Below are positions 1 through 12,939 of a stretch of 64,000 bases of DNA, one piece after another. The position numbers and the translations under genes were made by a program. This DNA is from Mobula hypostoma. Taxonomy: Eukaryota. The stretch covers positions 233,928,001-233,992,000 of the forward strand of contig NC_086097.1 in the NCBI RefSeq assembly GCF_963921235.1. Direction: 5' to 3'. How positions within the stretch are numbered: position 1 is the stretch's first letter; each line of letters starts with the position of its first letter. The notes under the pieces were generated by a model. The model was not told the origin of the DNA, did not search any database, and worked only from the letters and a program-made list of their open reading frames with translations.

Positions 1-385
1 TCGAGGCCAAATGCAAAACACAGTATATACAGTGATACACAGCACAAAAAAGATATGATAGCACATACAGTCACAAAATAATATTAGCTCAAGTCCCTGA
101 CTGGCATGGCCTGAAGATTCATGGTGCATAGGATATTGTCTTCAGCCACATTTCTGCAAGAACAAGCACGCAGCCGTTCTCATCTAGTGCTGGGTCAAGT
201 GCAGATGAAGGCATATCATCTTATCTTCCCTGGAGCATACATTGGAGGACAGCATCGCTGGGAGAGCCACACCGCAGGGGCCAGCCCCCAGTCCATCACG
301 GATTGCAGCAGATTCACCACGCTGCAGTCCCCCGCCACACCACCTCTGGCACCTCATCTCCCAGTTGGTTGTAACAGGTGACCCC
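1..385 (-). mobile_element. Non-autonomous retroelement fragment (LINE-like tail), cut by window edge
   Basis: Reverse complement of 1-100 resembles the 3' part of the repeat at about 31100-31160 (tgtgctgtg...tactgtgttttg). Confidence 0.35.
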
Positions 386-1649
386 TGTCGTTAAATGAAA
401 TGTGAGCGACGAACAAGAGGAAGGCAAATGTTCAAACTTTCATTCCTGGGATCATTCTCGTGACCTTGATTTCCCAAAGTATGGGTGTTCAAAGTAAACA
501 CGTGTTTCGTTATGGTCATCTTCTTGGTAACATTCTAGCAGATACTGCCTTGAATAAAAATGATGGTTCTTGCAGTTTCTGTATTTTATTCACTAACTGT
601 GCTACATCTAGGCCACCATTGCCCCTCTCCCCTGGGAACAGTCTGTCACCCTCTTCCAATTATAGTAGAATGTTGACTTTGCTCATCATCACTCCCCAGG
701 AGCTAGAAGAGTCCTGGAGAAATAATGGTGTGAACTTTTACAACCTGACTTTTTGAGCTCGGAGGTGTGAGAAATCCAACTGTTACTACTCATTGTCCTG
801 AAACGATGTAGCGTTGCACAAGAGATTTCCAAATCTTTCGATCGTTTTAGAGTTTCTTAATTTTCAACGCTTCTCTGCAATGCAGAAAATTACAACACAG
901 AAGCTCAAGTAGATGCAACAAAATAATTAAACTCAAGCAAATTATTTCTAACTCTTTTTTAAAAATAATTCAACCTATTTTGTTTACTGTACTATTTATA
1001 AAGGAGTGCTGAGAAATATTGAAGAAGCAACCAAACAATACTTGAATGAAGTTTATGGAAATTGGCAGGGAGCTAATTTGGTCCAGGACCGAATGATCAT
1101 AGGGCAGAGAAGATAGTCAGCAGATGAATTAGGCCATTCTGATGATCAAGTCTGCTCTGGGAATATCTGATATATATCTAAAACTAGAGAACAGAATCAT
1201 CCTAGGATCACATAATATAATGAAACCATTCAGTCTATTGTGCTTCTGCAGACATATAAAACTATTCAATTAATGCTATTCTTATGCTCTTTCTGATAGT
1301 TGTACAATTTTTCACTTTCAAGGATAAATACTTGAATGTTGCAATTGATTGTTCCCTTTGGCAGCACTACTAAAATCAACTCAGTTTTTGAAACAAAACA
1401 TTTATGCCGTTTTTTTCCCATGTCACTAGAAACAAATTATCCTTACTTACCCAATCAAACCTTTTATGATTTTGAATGCCTCTATTGAACATTCTCTAAC
1501 TAGAAGAACAACTCAAAATTTCTCCTTTTTCTGTACATAAACAATCCTTCTTTACCCTAACAAATGTCCTGATTTCCTTTGTGAAGTGTGTGCCCAGAAT
1601 TGACAGACATTCTTTGTTTCTGTAACTTATTCATCCAGTAATAAAGCTC

Positions 1650-1758
1650 AGGTTTCAGGAACAGCTTTCTTTCCCATTGCCATCAGACTTCAGAATGGAT
1701 AATGAACCTAAGAACACATTCTCAGTATCTTTTCTCCTTTTACCCCTCTTTTTGCACT
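1650..1758 (+). mobile_element. Rex1/Babar LINE 3' fragment
   Basis: ttcaggaacagctttcttcccattgccatcagac matches the RFRNSFFP-AIR C-terminal motif seen in other copies in the window. Confidence 0.55.
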
Positions 1759-1769
1759 ACACACACAGA

Positions 1770-1838
<69 letters not shown>
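1759..1838. repeat. (CA)n(TA)n microsatellite
   Basis: Directly visible. Confidence 0.97.
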
Positions 1839-1839
<1 letters not shown>

Positions 1840-1948
1840 CAGTGGCATAAGTTTCGGCAACCGGGTCAAAATTTCTATTACTGTGAATAGCTAAGCAAGT
1901 AAACGATGAACTGATTTCCAAAAGGCATAAAGTTAAAGATGACACATT

Positions 1949-3104
1949 TAGAAACATAGAAACATAGAAAATAGGTGCAGGAGTAGGCCATTCGGCCCTT
2001 CGAGCCTGCACCGCCATTTATTATGATCATGGCTGATCATCCAACTCAGAACCCCGCCCCAGCCTTCCCTCCATACCCCCTGACCCCTGTAGCCACAAGG
2101 GCCATATCTAACTCCCTCTTAAATATAGCCAATGAATTGGCCTCAACAGTTTCCTGTGGCAGAGAATTCCACAGATTCACCACTCTCTGTGTGAAGAAGA
2201 TTTTCCTAATCTCGGTCCTAAAAGGCTTCCCCTCTATCCTCAAACTGTGGCCCCTCGTTCTGGACTTCCCCAACATCGGGAACAATCTTCCTGCATCTAG
2301 CCTGTCCAATCCCTTTAGGATCTTATACGTTTCAATCAGATCCCCCCTCAATCTTCTAAATTCCAACGAGTACAAGCCCAGTTCATCCAGTCTTTCTTCA
2401 TATGAAAGTCCTGCCATCCCAGGAATCAATCTGGCGAACCTTCTTTGTACTCCCGCTATGGCAAAGATGTCTTTCCTCAGATTAGGGGACCAAAACTGCA
2501 CACAATACTCCAGGTGTGGTCTCACCAAGGCCTTGTACAACTGCAGTAGTACCTCCCTGCTCCTGTACTCGAATCCTCTCGCTATAAATGCCAGCATACC
2601 ATTCGCCTTTTTCACCGCCTGCTGTACCTGCATGCCCACTTTCAATGACTGGTGTATAATGACACCCAGGTCTCGTTGCACCTCCCCTTTTCCTAATCGG
2701 CCACCATTCAGATAATAATCTGTTTTCCTATTTTTGCCACCAAAGTGGATAACTTCACATTTATCCACATTAAATTGCATCTGCCATGAATTTGCCCACT
2801 CACCCAACCTATCCAAGTCACCCTGCATCCTCTTAGCATCCTCCTCACTGCTAACACTGCCACTCAGCTTTGTGTCATCCGCAAACTTGGAGATGCTGCA
2901 TTTAATTCCCTCATCCAAGTCATTAATATATATTGTAAACAACTGGGGTCCCAGCACTGAGCCTTGTGGTACCCGATTAGTCACCGCCTGCCATTCTGAA
3001 AAGGTCCCGTATATTCCCACTCTTTGCTTCCTATCTGCTAACCAATTCTCCACCCACACCAATACCTTACCCCCAATACCGTGTGCTTTAAGTTTGCACA
3101 CTAA
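1949..3104 (-). mobile_element. Young 5'-truncated CR1 LINE (ORF2 RT C-terminal half, open frame 2046-3101)
   Basis: VPQGSVLGP, KFADDTK and RPHLEYCVQFW motifs; (TTTCTATG)n tail at 1949-1970. Confidence 0.97.
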
Positions 3105-3723
3105 CTTTCTTTAATATTTGAAGCAAGAAAGCTTTTTTTTCCATCTTTTATAGTTTCAAAATAACAAAAAAGGAAAAGGGCCCGCAGCAAAAGTTTGGGC
3201 ACCCTGCATGGTGGTACTTAGTAACACCCCCTTTGGCAAGTATCACAGCTTATAAACACTTTTTGTAGCCAGCTAAGAGTCTTTCAATTCTTGTTTGGGG
3301 GATTTTTTCCATTCTTCCTTGCCAAAGACTTCTAGTTCTGTGAGATTCTTGGGCCATCTTGCGTGTACTGCTGTTTTGATGTCTATCCACAGATTCTTTG
3401 ATGATGTTTAGGTCAGGGGACTGTGAGGGCCATGGCAAAACCTTCAGCTTGTGCCTCTTGAGGTAGTCCATTGTGGATTTTGAGGTGTGTTTAGGTTCAT
3501 TATCCTGTTGTAGAAGCCATCCTCTTTTCATCTTCCGCTTTTTTTCATAGACTGTATGATGTTTGCTTCCAGAATTTGCTGGTATTTAATTGAATTCATT
3601 TTTCCCTCTACCAGTAAATGTTCCCCGTGCCACTGGCTGCAACACAGGCTCAAAGAGTGGTCGATTCACCCCATGCTGAACGGTTGGAGAGGGGTTCTTT
3701 TCATGAAACTATGCACCCTTTTC

Positions 3724-4308
3724 AGATTAGATTAGATTCAACTTTATTGTCATTGTGCCAAGTACAGATACAAAGCCAATGAAATGCAGTTAGCATCTAA
3801 CCAGAAATGCAAAGAATAGTGTTATAATATTATTAACTGCTAATAAAAAGTAAGTGCTACAGCACACAAATATAAAAGTACTTAGACAGTACAATATGGG
3901 TGCAATACTGCTTAGCGCTGTGATGTTAGGTTCAGCAGGGTCACAGCCTCAGGGAAGAAGCTCTTCCTGTGCCTGCTGGTGCGGGAGCAGAGGCTCCTGT
4001 AGCACCTACCGGATGAGAGGAGAGTAAAAAGTCCATGGTTAGGTTGAGATGCATCCTTGATAATGCTTTTCGCCCTGCCCAGGCAGCATTTATGGTAGAT
4101 GTTCACAGTGGTAGGCAATTAGGTGCCGATAATCCTCTGGGCAGTTTTCACCACACGCCGGAGTGCTTTGTGGTCTGATACGGAACGATTGCCATACTAC
4201 TCTAAGTTGCGGTTGGTGAGTATGCTCTCAACGGTACAGGAGTAAAAGTCCATCAGTATCCTGGGACAGAGGTGAGCTTTCTTGATGCTCCACAGGAAAT
4301 AAAGGTGC
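3724..4308 (-). mobile_element. Rex1/Babar LINE 3' fragment nested in Tc1
   Basis: IIKDASQPNHGLFTLLSSGR...KSFFPEAV C-terminus; (AATCT)n tail. Confidence 0.85.
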
Positions 4309-4440
4309 TTTTTTCTCCAAACATACCTTTGCTCATTGCAGCCAAAACGTTCTATTCAAAAGGTTAAGGAACATCTAAACAAGCCTGTTGCATTTTGGAA
4401 ACAAGTCCTGTTGACTGATGAAGTTAAAATGGAACTTTTT

Positions 4441-5262
4441 GTGGCATTGCTAATCAGGGATAGTATCACAACCGCAGAAAAGGAGGAAGTCATGGAGGGA
4501 TTGTCTACTGAGTCATTGTGGGTGAAAGTTAGAAACAGGAAGGCGACAACAACTCTACTGCGTGCTTTTTATAGACTCCCCAATGGTAACAGGGATATTG
4601 AGGAGCAGATAGGGAGGCAGAGTCTGGAATGGTGCAATAATAATAGGGTTGCTGTGATGGGTTGGGTATGTGGCCAAGTGGTTATGGCATTCGTCTAGTT
4701 ATCTCAAGGTCACTAGTTCAAGCCTCAGCTGTGGCAGCGTGCTTGTGCCCTTGAGCAAGGCACTTAATCACACATTGCTCTAGTCTGTGCGAGGAGTGGT
4801 GCCACATAGACTTCCAATCTGCGCCTTGTAAGGCATGAAAATGCCCATCGCAGGCCTCTCTAGGTCTGAGTCGACATTCCCCCCCTTCCCCCTGTGATGG
4901 GTGATTTTAACTCTCCTAATATTGACTGGCATCTCCTTGGAGCAAGGGATTTAGATGGGGTGTAGGTATGTTCAGGAAGGTTTCCTGATGCAATATGTAG
5001 ATAAGCCAACTAGAAGAGAGGCTGTACTTGATCAGGTATTGGGAAATGAACCTGGTCAGGTGTCAGATCTTTCGGTGGGAGAGCATTTTGGAGGTAGCGG
5101 TCACAACTCTATCTCCTTTACCATAGCGCTGGAGAGGGATAGGAGCAAACAGATTGGGAAAACATTTAATTGGGTTAGGGGGAAATATGATGCTATTAGA
5201 CAGGAACTTGGTAACATAAATTGGGAGCAGATGTTCTTAGGGAAATGCACGGCAGAAATGTG
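4441..5262 (+). mobile_element. CR1 ORF2 AP-endonuclease region, decayed
   Basis: VALLIRDSI...ESLWVKV...FYRLPN...VMGDFN (split by a SINE), then QYVDKPTRREAVLD. Confidence 0.9.
4663..4891 (+). mobile_element. tRNA-derived SINE with 11-bp TSD
   Basis: A box TGGCCAAGTGG, B box GTTCAAGCC, core ccttgagcaaggcacttaa; TSD ctgtgatgggt at 4652-4662 and 4892-4902. Confidence 0.9.
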
Positions 5263-6205
5263 CATTTCTGCAGACCCCAAGATCTTGCTGATCCTCCACA
5301 CTGCAAAGAGGCTTACCATTAATATTATATTCTGTCTTCAAATTTGACATACTAAAATCAACCACTTCACAATTATCTGGGTTGAACTCCATCTGCCACT
5401 TCTCAGCCCAGTTCTGCATTTTATTTATGTCCTGCTGTAACTTTTGACAACTCTCCAGAATATACACAACACCCCCACTCTTTGTATCATCAGCAAACTT
5501 ACTGACCCACCCTCTACTTCTTTATCCAGGTCATTTATAAAAAATCACAAAGAGGAAGAGTTCCAGAACAGATCCCTGCAGAACATCACTGGTTACCATC
5601 CTCCATGCAGAATATGATCCACCTACAACCATCCATTGCCTTCTATAGGCAAGCCATTTCTGGATCCACAATGCAGGGTCTCCTCGGATCCCATGCCTCA
5701 TTATTTTCTGAATGAGCCTTCCACAGGGAACCTTATCAAACACCTTACTGAAATCCATATACATTACATCCACTACTCTACCTTCATCAATGTGTTTTGT
5801 TACATCCTCAAAGAATTCAATCAGGTTCATAAGGAATGACCTGATAGAGGAGTATAAGATGATGAGAGGCATTGATTGTGTGGATAGCCAGAGGCTTTTT
5901 CCCAAATGGCTAACTTGAGGGGACATAGTTTTAAGGTGCTTGGAAGTAGGTACAAGGGGGATGTCAGAGGTAAGTTTTTCCACACAGAGTGTGGTGAGTC
6001 CGTGGAATGCACTGCCAGCGATGGTGGTAGAGACGGATACAATAGGATCCTTTAAGAGACTCTTCGATAGGTACATGGAGCTTCGAAAAATAGAAGGCTG
6101 TGCAGTAGGGAAATTCTGGGCAGTTTCTAGAGTAGGTTACAAGTTCGGCACAACATTGTGGGCCGAAGGGCCTGTATTGTGGTGTGGATTTCTATATTTC
6201 TATGT
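5263..6205. mobile_element. CR1 with inverted RT segment (minus, 5263-5830) joined to 3' end (plus, 5830-6205)
   Basis: Minus NLIEFFEDVTK...QGSVL...QQDLGV; plus DLIEEYKMMRG...WNALP and tttctat tail. Confidence 0.9.
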
Positions 6206-6834
6206 AACAGTGATATTAAACCTGATTCTGATTCCTTGTATTTTTAACAGCCTTTCTGAATTCTCCTTCCACCTTCAAACACAACAATTATAGCCAAGTG
6301 TCTCTACTCCTGCATCTATTTTAAAACTGTACCTTTAATCCAGGATACCTTCCCACTAAATTATATCTGTTCACATTTGTATGGGTTGGATTGCATCTGC
6401 CATACACTTGCCAATTTCACCAGTCTTTATCACCCTGTGTTGTTCCTCCCTGCATCTCATGGTTTATTGAATTTCTGGATATCATTTCATCTGCAAGCTT
6501 TGAATTTTGTCTTGGATACCCAATATGATCCTATGCTGTCAATTGAATAAATTGCAAACATGAGGTGCTGTCTTGACTATCAACTGGAAGTGAAATCACA
6601 GGAAAATATCTCTATCCTCTGGAGAGTTCTAGTGAAAGGGGGTTTGTTCCTTGCATGTCTTCCTGCCCCCAGAGTGAAAATTGTCCTATGGAAGGTGGTA
6701 AATCATGAATACTTCAGATGGAAATAAATAGAACAACTTTGTAGTCCTCCATTAGAAAATAAAACAGTGTAAAACTGAAAAAGTTTTTGATATTCTATTA
6801 TCACTCCAAATTAAATTTGCAGATTTTACTTCTG

Positions 6835-7123
6835 GGTCGCCACAGTAGTACCATACTCAGTGCAATGCTATTACACCTCAAAGCGTCAGAGTTTGCAGTA
6901 CAATTCTGGCAGCCCCTGTAATGACTTTGTATGTCCTCCCAACGGAATGCATGTTTATTTCCTGGTGCTCAAAGACGCACCAGACCGATGACATACCGGT
7001 CTGTAGGTTAATTGATCATTGTAAATTGTTCCATAACTAGGCTGGGTTAAATTGGAGGTTGCTGCTGGTGCGGCTCGAAGGGCCGGAAGTGGCTATTCTA
7101 CGCTGCATCTCCAAATAAATAAA
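6835..7123 (+). mobile_element. HE1-like tRNA SINE with CR1-type tail
   Basis: Degenerate tRNA head, ggttaattgatcattgtaaattg, tail gctcgaagggccgg...(AAAT)n. Confidence 0.75.
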
Positions 7124-7523
7124 TGCATAAATCAGCTGACAATGCTGTGCATTCTGTAGTCTTAAAAATAAACTGACAATGACTATGTAAAATACATTCA
7201 GTAATGCCTCAGAAAGGCTTGATCCCCCTATGTTAGTTTCCTTTATTTCTTGGTGAATTATTATACTTTATGTACAAACGTACATGGGCATTCAGACGGT
7301 TTCTCTGGTCATTCATTTTGGGTGAGCTAGTGAGTGCAAAATCTCTGCTTCAATCAAACCAAATATATGCCTGTGGGCTATGACAAACTTAGAGAATGTT
7401 TTACAAGCAGCGCACATGCATTTGAGGATATCTGAAGGTTCCTCTTAATTGCAACAAGCTCACATTGCCTTTTGCACTCTGATCTAAGAGGATTGCTTTG
7501 TTTATGAAATACTACACATTATA

Positions 7524-8972
7524 TAGAAACATAGAAACATAGAAACATAGAAAATAGGTGCAGGAGTAGGCCATTCGGCCCTTCGAGCCTGCACCGCCAT
7601 TTATTATGATCATGGCTGATCATCCAACTCAGAACCCCGCCCCAGCCTTCCCTCCATACCCCCTGACCCCCATAGCCACAAGGGCCATATCTAACTCCCT
7701 CTTAAACATAGCCAATGAACTGGCCTCAACAGTTCGCTGTGGCAGAGAATTCCACAGATTCACCACTCTCTGTGTGAAGAAGTTTTTCCTAATCTCGGTC
7801 CTAAAAGGCTTCCCCTCTATCCTCAAACTGTGACCCCTCGTTCTGGACTTCCCCAACATCGGGAACAATCTTCCTGCATCTAGCCTGTCCAATCCCTTTA
7901 GGATCTTATACGTTTCAATCAGATCCCCCCTCAATCTTCTAAATTCCAATGAGTACAAGCCCAGTTCATCCAGTCTTTCTTCATATGAAAGTCCTGCCAT
8001 CCCAGGAATCAATCTGGTGAACCTTCTTTGTACTCCCTCTATGGCAAAGATGTCTTTCCTCAGATTAGGGGACCAAAACTGCACACAATACTCCAGGTGT
8101 GGTCTCACCAAGGCCTTGTACAACTGCAGTAGTACCTCCCTGCTCCTGTACTCGAATCCTCTCGCAATAAAGGCCAGCATACCATTCGCCTTTTTTACCG
8201 CCTGCTGTACCTGCATGCCCACTTTCAATGACTGGTGTATAATGACACCCAGGTCTCGTTGCACCTCCCCTTTTCCTAATCGGCCACCATTCAGATAATA
8301 ATCTGTTTTCCTATTTTTGCCACCAAAGTGGATAACTTCACATTTATCCACATTAAATTGCATCTGCCATGAATTTGCCCACTCACCCAACCTATCCAAG
8401 TCACCCTGCATCCTCTTAGCATCCTCCTCACTGCTAACACTGCCACCCAGCTTCGTGTCATCCGCAAACTTGGAGATGCTGCATTTAATTCCCTCATCCA
8501 AGTCATTAATATATATTGTAAACAACTGGGGTCCCAGCACTGAGCCTTGCGGTACCCCACTAGTCACCGCCTGCCATTCTGAAAAGGCCCCGTTTATTCC
8601 CACTCTTTGCTTCCTGTCTGCTAACCAATTCTCCACCCACACCAATACCTTACCCCCAATACCGTGTGCTTTAAGTTTGCACACTAATCTCCTGTGTGGG
8701 ACCTTGTCAAAAGCCTTTTGAAAATCCAAATATACCACATCCACTGGTTCTCCCCTATCCACTCTACTAGTTACATCCTCAAAAAATTCTATGAGATTCG
8801 TCAGACATGATTTTCCTTTCACAAATCCATGCTGACTTTGTCCGATCATTTCACCGCTTTCCAAATGTGCTGTTATCACATCCTTGATAACTGACTCCAG
8901 CAGTTTCCCCACCACCGACGTTAGGCTAACCGGTCTATAATTCCCCGGTTTCTCTCTCCCTCCTTTTTTAAA
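7524..8972 (-). mobile_element. Young 5'-truncated CR1 LINE with uninterrupted RT frame (7629-8915)
   Basis: 428-aa ORF with QHGF, DFQKAFD, VPQGSVLGP, FADD; near-identical to 1949-3104; (TTTCTATG)n tail. Confidence 0.97.
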
Positions 8973-9211
8973 ATATATAAAATAAATAACCTATCCACTA
9001 TTCCTTTTAGGTATATTGTCAATAAGACCACCAAATATCCTTTTCAATGCTCCATCCTTGATACATGCTACTAGAAGATGGCTGTATGAAAACTTTCTTA
9101 AGATTTCCAATTATTGACACAGGTAGCAATGAAATAGGCGGGGATTAGGTATACTTTAATTTTCATATATAATGGATTGTTCTCTTGTAGGTGAAGAATA
9201 TTAAAAAAATA

Positions 9212-10305
9212 CACCCAGTGGCAACTTCATTAGGTATTTCCTGTACTTAATAAAATGGCCACTGAATGTGGTCTGCTTCCACTGTGGCACATCCATGTGT
9301 TGTACATTCAGAGATGCTCCTGCACACCATACTTATGGGTATTTGAATTACAGTCAGCTCGAACTCTTCTGGCCATTCCCCTCTGACGTCTCTCATTAAC
9401 AATGCATTTTTGCCCACAGAACTATCAGTCACTGTATTTTTTTTAGTTTTTCATACCATTCTCTGTAAATTCCAGAGACTTGCCAATCAAAACCTCAGGT
9501 GATCAGCTGCTTCTGAAATACTCTCACCACCCTGTCTGACACCAGCAATCATTTCATGCCCAAGGTCACTTTTTCCCATAGAACCATAGAAACTACAGCA
9601 CAGAAACAAGCCTTTTGGCCCTTTTTGGCTGTGCCGAACCATTTTCTGCCTAGTCCCACTGAGCTGCACACGGACCATATCCCTCCATATACCTCCCATC
9701 CATGTATCTGTCCAATTTATTCTTAAATGTTAAAAAAGAACCCGCATTTACCACCTCATCTGGCAGCTCATTCCATACTCCCACCACTCTCTGTGTGAAG
9801 AAGCCCCCCCTAATATTCCCTTTAAACTTTTCCCCCCTCACCCGAAACCCATGTCCTCTGGTTTTTTTCTCCCCTAGCCTCAGTGGAAAAATCCTGCTTG
9901 CATTCACTCTATCTATACCCATCGTAATTTTATATACCACTATCCTTCACTTTGACTGCCAATGCAACCTCATGTCTTCTTTTAGCCCTCCTGATTTCTT
10001 TCTTAAGTATTTTCTTGCACTTCTTATACTCCTCAAGCACCTGATTTACCCCCTGTTTCCTATACATTTCATACAACTCCCTCTTCTTCTTTATCAGAGT
10101 TGCAATATCCCTTGAGAACCAAGGTTCCTTATTCCTATTCACTTTGCCTTTAATTCCCCATTCTGATGTTTGGTCCAAACAGCTGAACCCCTTGACCATG
10201 TCTGCATGCTTTTATGTATTGATTTGCTACCACATGACTGGCTGGTTAGATATTAGCATGAACGAGCAGATGTACAGGTACAACTAATGAAGTGGCAACT
10301 GAGTG
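9212..10305 (-). mobile_element. Non-autonomous Tc1-like transposon with both TIRs, split by CR1
   Basis: TIRs cacccagtggcaacttcattagg and ctaatgaagtggcaactgagtg; same family as 31490-31686. Confidence 0.8.
9577..10154 (-). mobile_element. CR1 fragment with internal deletion
   Basis: 3' end (FFTQRVVGVWNELP) fused at about 9938 to upstream ORF2 region (EPWFSRDI...EIRRAKRRHE). Confidence 0.9.
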
Positions 10306-10329
10306 CATTGACCAGCTAAACCAAGCGAT

Positions 10330-10670
10330 GGTAGCTGGTGGATTGCATACCCTGCTGAGATCATGACATCCCTGCCTTCATATGTGACGTCAGCTCTGGT
10401 GGACTGGCTGGATCAGATCAAAAGTGAGATCCAATGGCCAGGAAGCTGGTTCTGGCACACTTTGTGGAGAGCAAAGGGAATGACAATGCACAGAAGAAGT
10501 CATATCATTTACTGCAACCAAGGAAGCCTTCAATTACACGAACCACTGGACCCAGTCATTCGAAGTCAAAAGAGTGGGACTGGACCAGTGCAATGGTTCT
10601 TCCACTTTAAAAACTCTCCCACACAAGTTTCCTGTCATTGTTGGATACGACAGACAACAAACACTTTTCA
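10330..10670 (+). mobile_element. Possible old non-autonomous RTE/Vingi-like retroelement
   Basis: Layout loosely resembles 27379-27856; no ORF. Confidence 0.3.
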
Positions 10671-11812
10671 ATAACCTAGAACATTGTTCACACTCAGGAA
10701 CTTTTTTTATGAAATACTCCACATTCTGTTAAAAAGCAATGTGGGCTTATATTAATTTTATCTACATTTCTATTTCTTCCACAAGATAAAGATAACAAAG
10801 CATACACAATTCTATTTTCTTCTTGGTTGAACTACAGATTGTGATCTATTAACTGTCCCTGAATACAGTAAATGCAAAATAACTTGCCACCATGGATTTT
10901 CAAAGGTGCTTTGAAAAAAAATCATATAGGAGCAGACATTGATAAGCATTTGATTTGAATTTGGGTTTCATTTTCAACAATATCATCACAATGTCTTTGA
11001 CAAATTCAATTTGCAGTGCTCGCACGATAGAATTATTTCATTTCAACTAATCCAGGATCATTTTTATGGACAGAGATGATAAATACATATGGACCATTGT
11101 TCCATGCTGTAGCACAGAACCATGTCCAGGTGATTATAAAGCTTCTAATACTTGGAAAGTATAACAAGTTAAATTATTGCTTTCAAATTCTGTCTCAGCA
11201 ATAATATTCTACCACACATAAAACCATACAGCTTTGGTAGAAATCATTAAGGATGTATTAATCCGTGCTTATTATTTCTTTACAGATCATTGATTAGGGG
11301 AGGTTTTTAATAAAAAAGTGTTCTGATTTGATAAAAGTGTGACAAATGCCAGTCTAGAGAACTCGTGCAGAACGTTATGCAAGGGACTAACACAGACATT
11401 GTCAAGAACCAAATCAAGTAAGTTTGAGAGCATGAATGCTTCACTGGAAAACTGAGGGAAAAGTCCGGAGACCATATTTTTTCACTTGTAGTCACCATTG
11501 GTGGCTTTCAAATAATGCATCAAGAGAGATTAAGAGAAAGATTGAAGGAAAAAAAAAGACAGGATGTGAAAAAAAAAGGTATCTGAATTTCCAGAAGCAT
11601 CAGGAGACAAAAATTCTCCTGCACTCAATTATTGCAGTCACTCTCACATTTTCAATACATGATGAAAATTTACCAGTCTCTCTTTCTACTTGAATATTGT
11701 AGCAAAGAAAACTGCTTTGCAAATTTCCAGTCTAACATTGAATCTGAGCACATTTTTATAATGGTAGGGTGTTTCAATAAACTAATTATTTGTGATTTAT
11801 GTTATTCACATA

Positions 11813-12220
11813 AAGTCAAATCAAATCAAGTCATTTTTATGGTCATTTCAACCATAACTGCCAGTACAGTACACAGTAAAAATGAAACAATGATCCTCCA
11901 GGACCATGATGCTACATGAAACAACACAAAACTACATTAGACTTCAGGCCTACATGGGACTACATAAAGTGCACAAGACAGTACAATAATTAATAAACAA
12001 GGCAATAGGCACAGTGAAGGACAAATTACAATGTAATAATAAATGATGTAAATATAAAAGTAAAATGTAAATAATGTTTTAGCAGGAATTGAAGAAATGA
12101 GCAAAAATTGCAAAGGGAGTGGAGTGGTGTTCAGTTGTGTGTGTGTGTGTGTGTGTGTCAGACTAGACTCTGGGAATTGAGGAGTCTAATGGCTCAGGGG
12201 AAGAAACTGTTACACAGTTA
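11813..12220 (-). mobile_element. Rex1/Babar 3' fragment containing a (GT)n run (about 12136-12158)
   Basis: Short-unit (TTGAT/TTGAC) tail; minus-strand NSFFP-AIRLLN motif near 12180-12215. Confidence 0.7.
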
Positions 12221-12939
12221 ATTAGACTGCTGTGCATAATTATATCATATCCAGTACCATAATGTGACCAAGTTCTTTATTCTGTACCCAACTGACTTAG
12301 ACATTGGAATTTTCTGATGATTTAGTGAGAGGATTGGAATAATGTATACAGCTAACATTAAATTCATATTTTGTGCAGGCTTAATGTACCTTTAAATGGT
12401 TTTTAGACACTAAAGTGAAAGTATAATTTTGAGAAACATCATTTTATATGATTAATTATTTTACTGTATTTGTGTAATAGCAAGAGAATATGTGCAACAG
12501 AAAAGGTTTATTTCAAGTGCAGAAAATCTTGTCCAAACTTTATTCAAGCATGAAGGATGAAATCTGTACTTGTTACTTGTACTTTGTTTTGCTGAAGGAA
12601 ATGATACCTAGAAAAAGAAATTTAGTATTTATAATACCATATGGTTATAGGACATAGGAGCAGAATTATGCCATTCAGTTCATCAAGTCTGTTCCGCCAT
12701 TCCATCATGGTTGATCCCAGTTATCATTCAACTCCATTAATAACTCCAATCTAGCTTGAAATTATTTGCTACAACCTGATCATGATTTTGGGTTAGCCTC
12801 CAAATCTATTTGTTGCCATTCAATCACATCCTCACAAATTGTTTCTTGGCTTATTTTAGCCACATTTTATATCCCAATTTATAACTCTCTCTCTCTTCGC
12901 ATCAAACTTATAGATAATAAAAAAGCCAAGTTTCTTCAG

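Larger units (their letters stand above)
1840..4441 (-). mobile_element. Tc1-like DNA transposon, decayed, interrupted by CR1 and Rex1/Babar insertions
   Basis: TA|CAGTGGCAT terminus at 1840; inner repeat aaaagtttgggcaccc at about 3189; minus-strand transposase QQDNEPKHT...WPSQSPDLNII (3250-3531); FWKQVLLTDEVKMELF at about 4360-4441. Confidence 0.9.

Noticed and set aside
400..875. Minus-strand terminal exon after ttttctgcattgcag
   Set aside because: All frames stop within 9 codons, and no supporting upstream exon was found.
1702..2017. THTH/VCVC ORFs
   Set aside because: Translation of a microsatellite.
2023..3114. Plus-strand 230-aa and 126-aa ORFs (also 7606-8721)
   Set aside because: Antisense shadows of CR1 ORF2.
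4663..4735. tRNA genes at SINE heads (also 38975 and 22620-22690)
   Set aside because: They continue into SINE core and tail sequence, and at least two have clear TSDs.
1940..7524. Shared acacatt next to two CR1 tails as target specificity
   Set aside because: Only two cases of a short AT-rich word; the third copy does not share it.
7629..8915. 428-aa RT ORF as a domesticated gene
   Set aside because: 5'-truncated, has a retrotransposition tail and a near-identical sister copy; youth explains the open frame.
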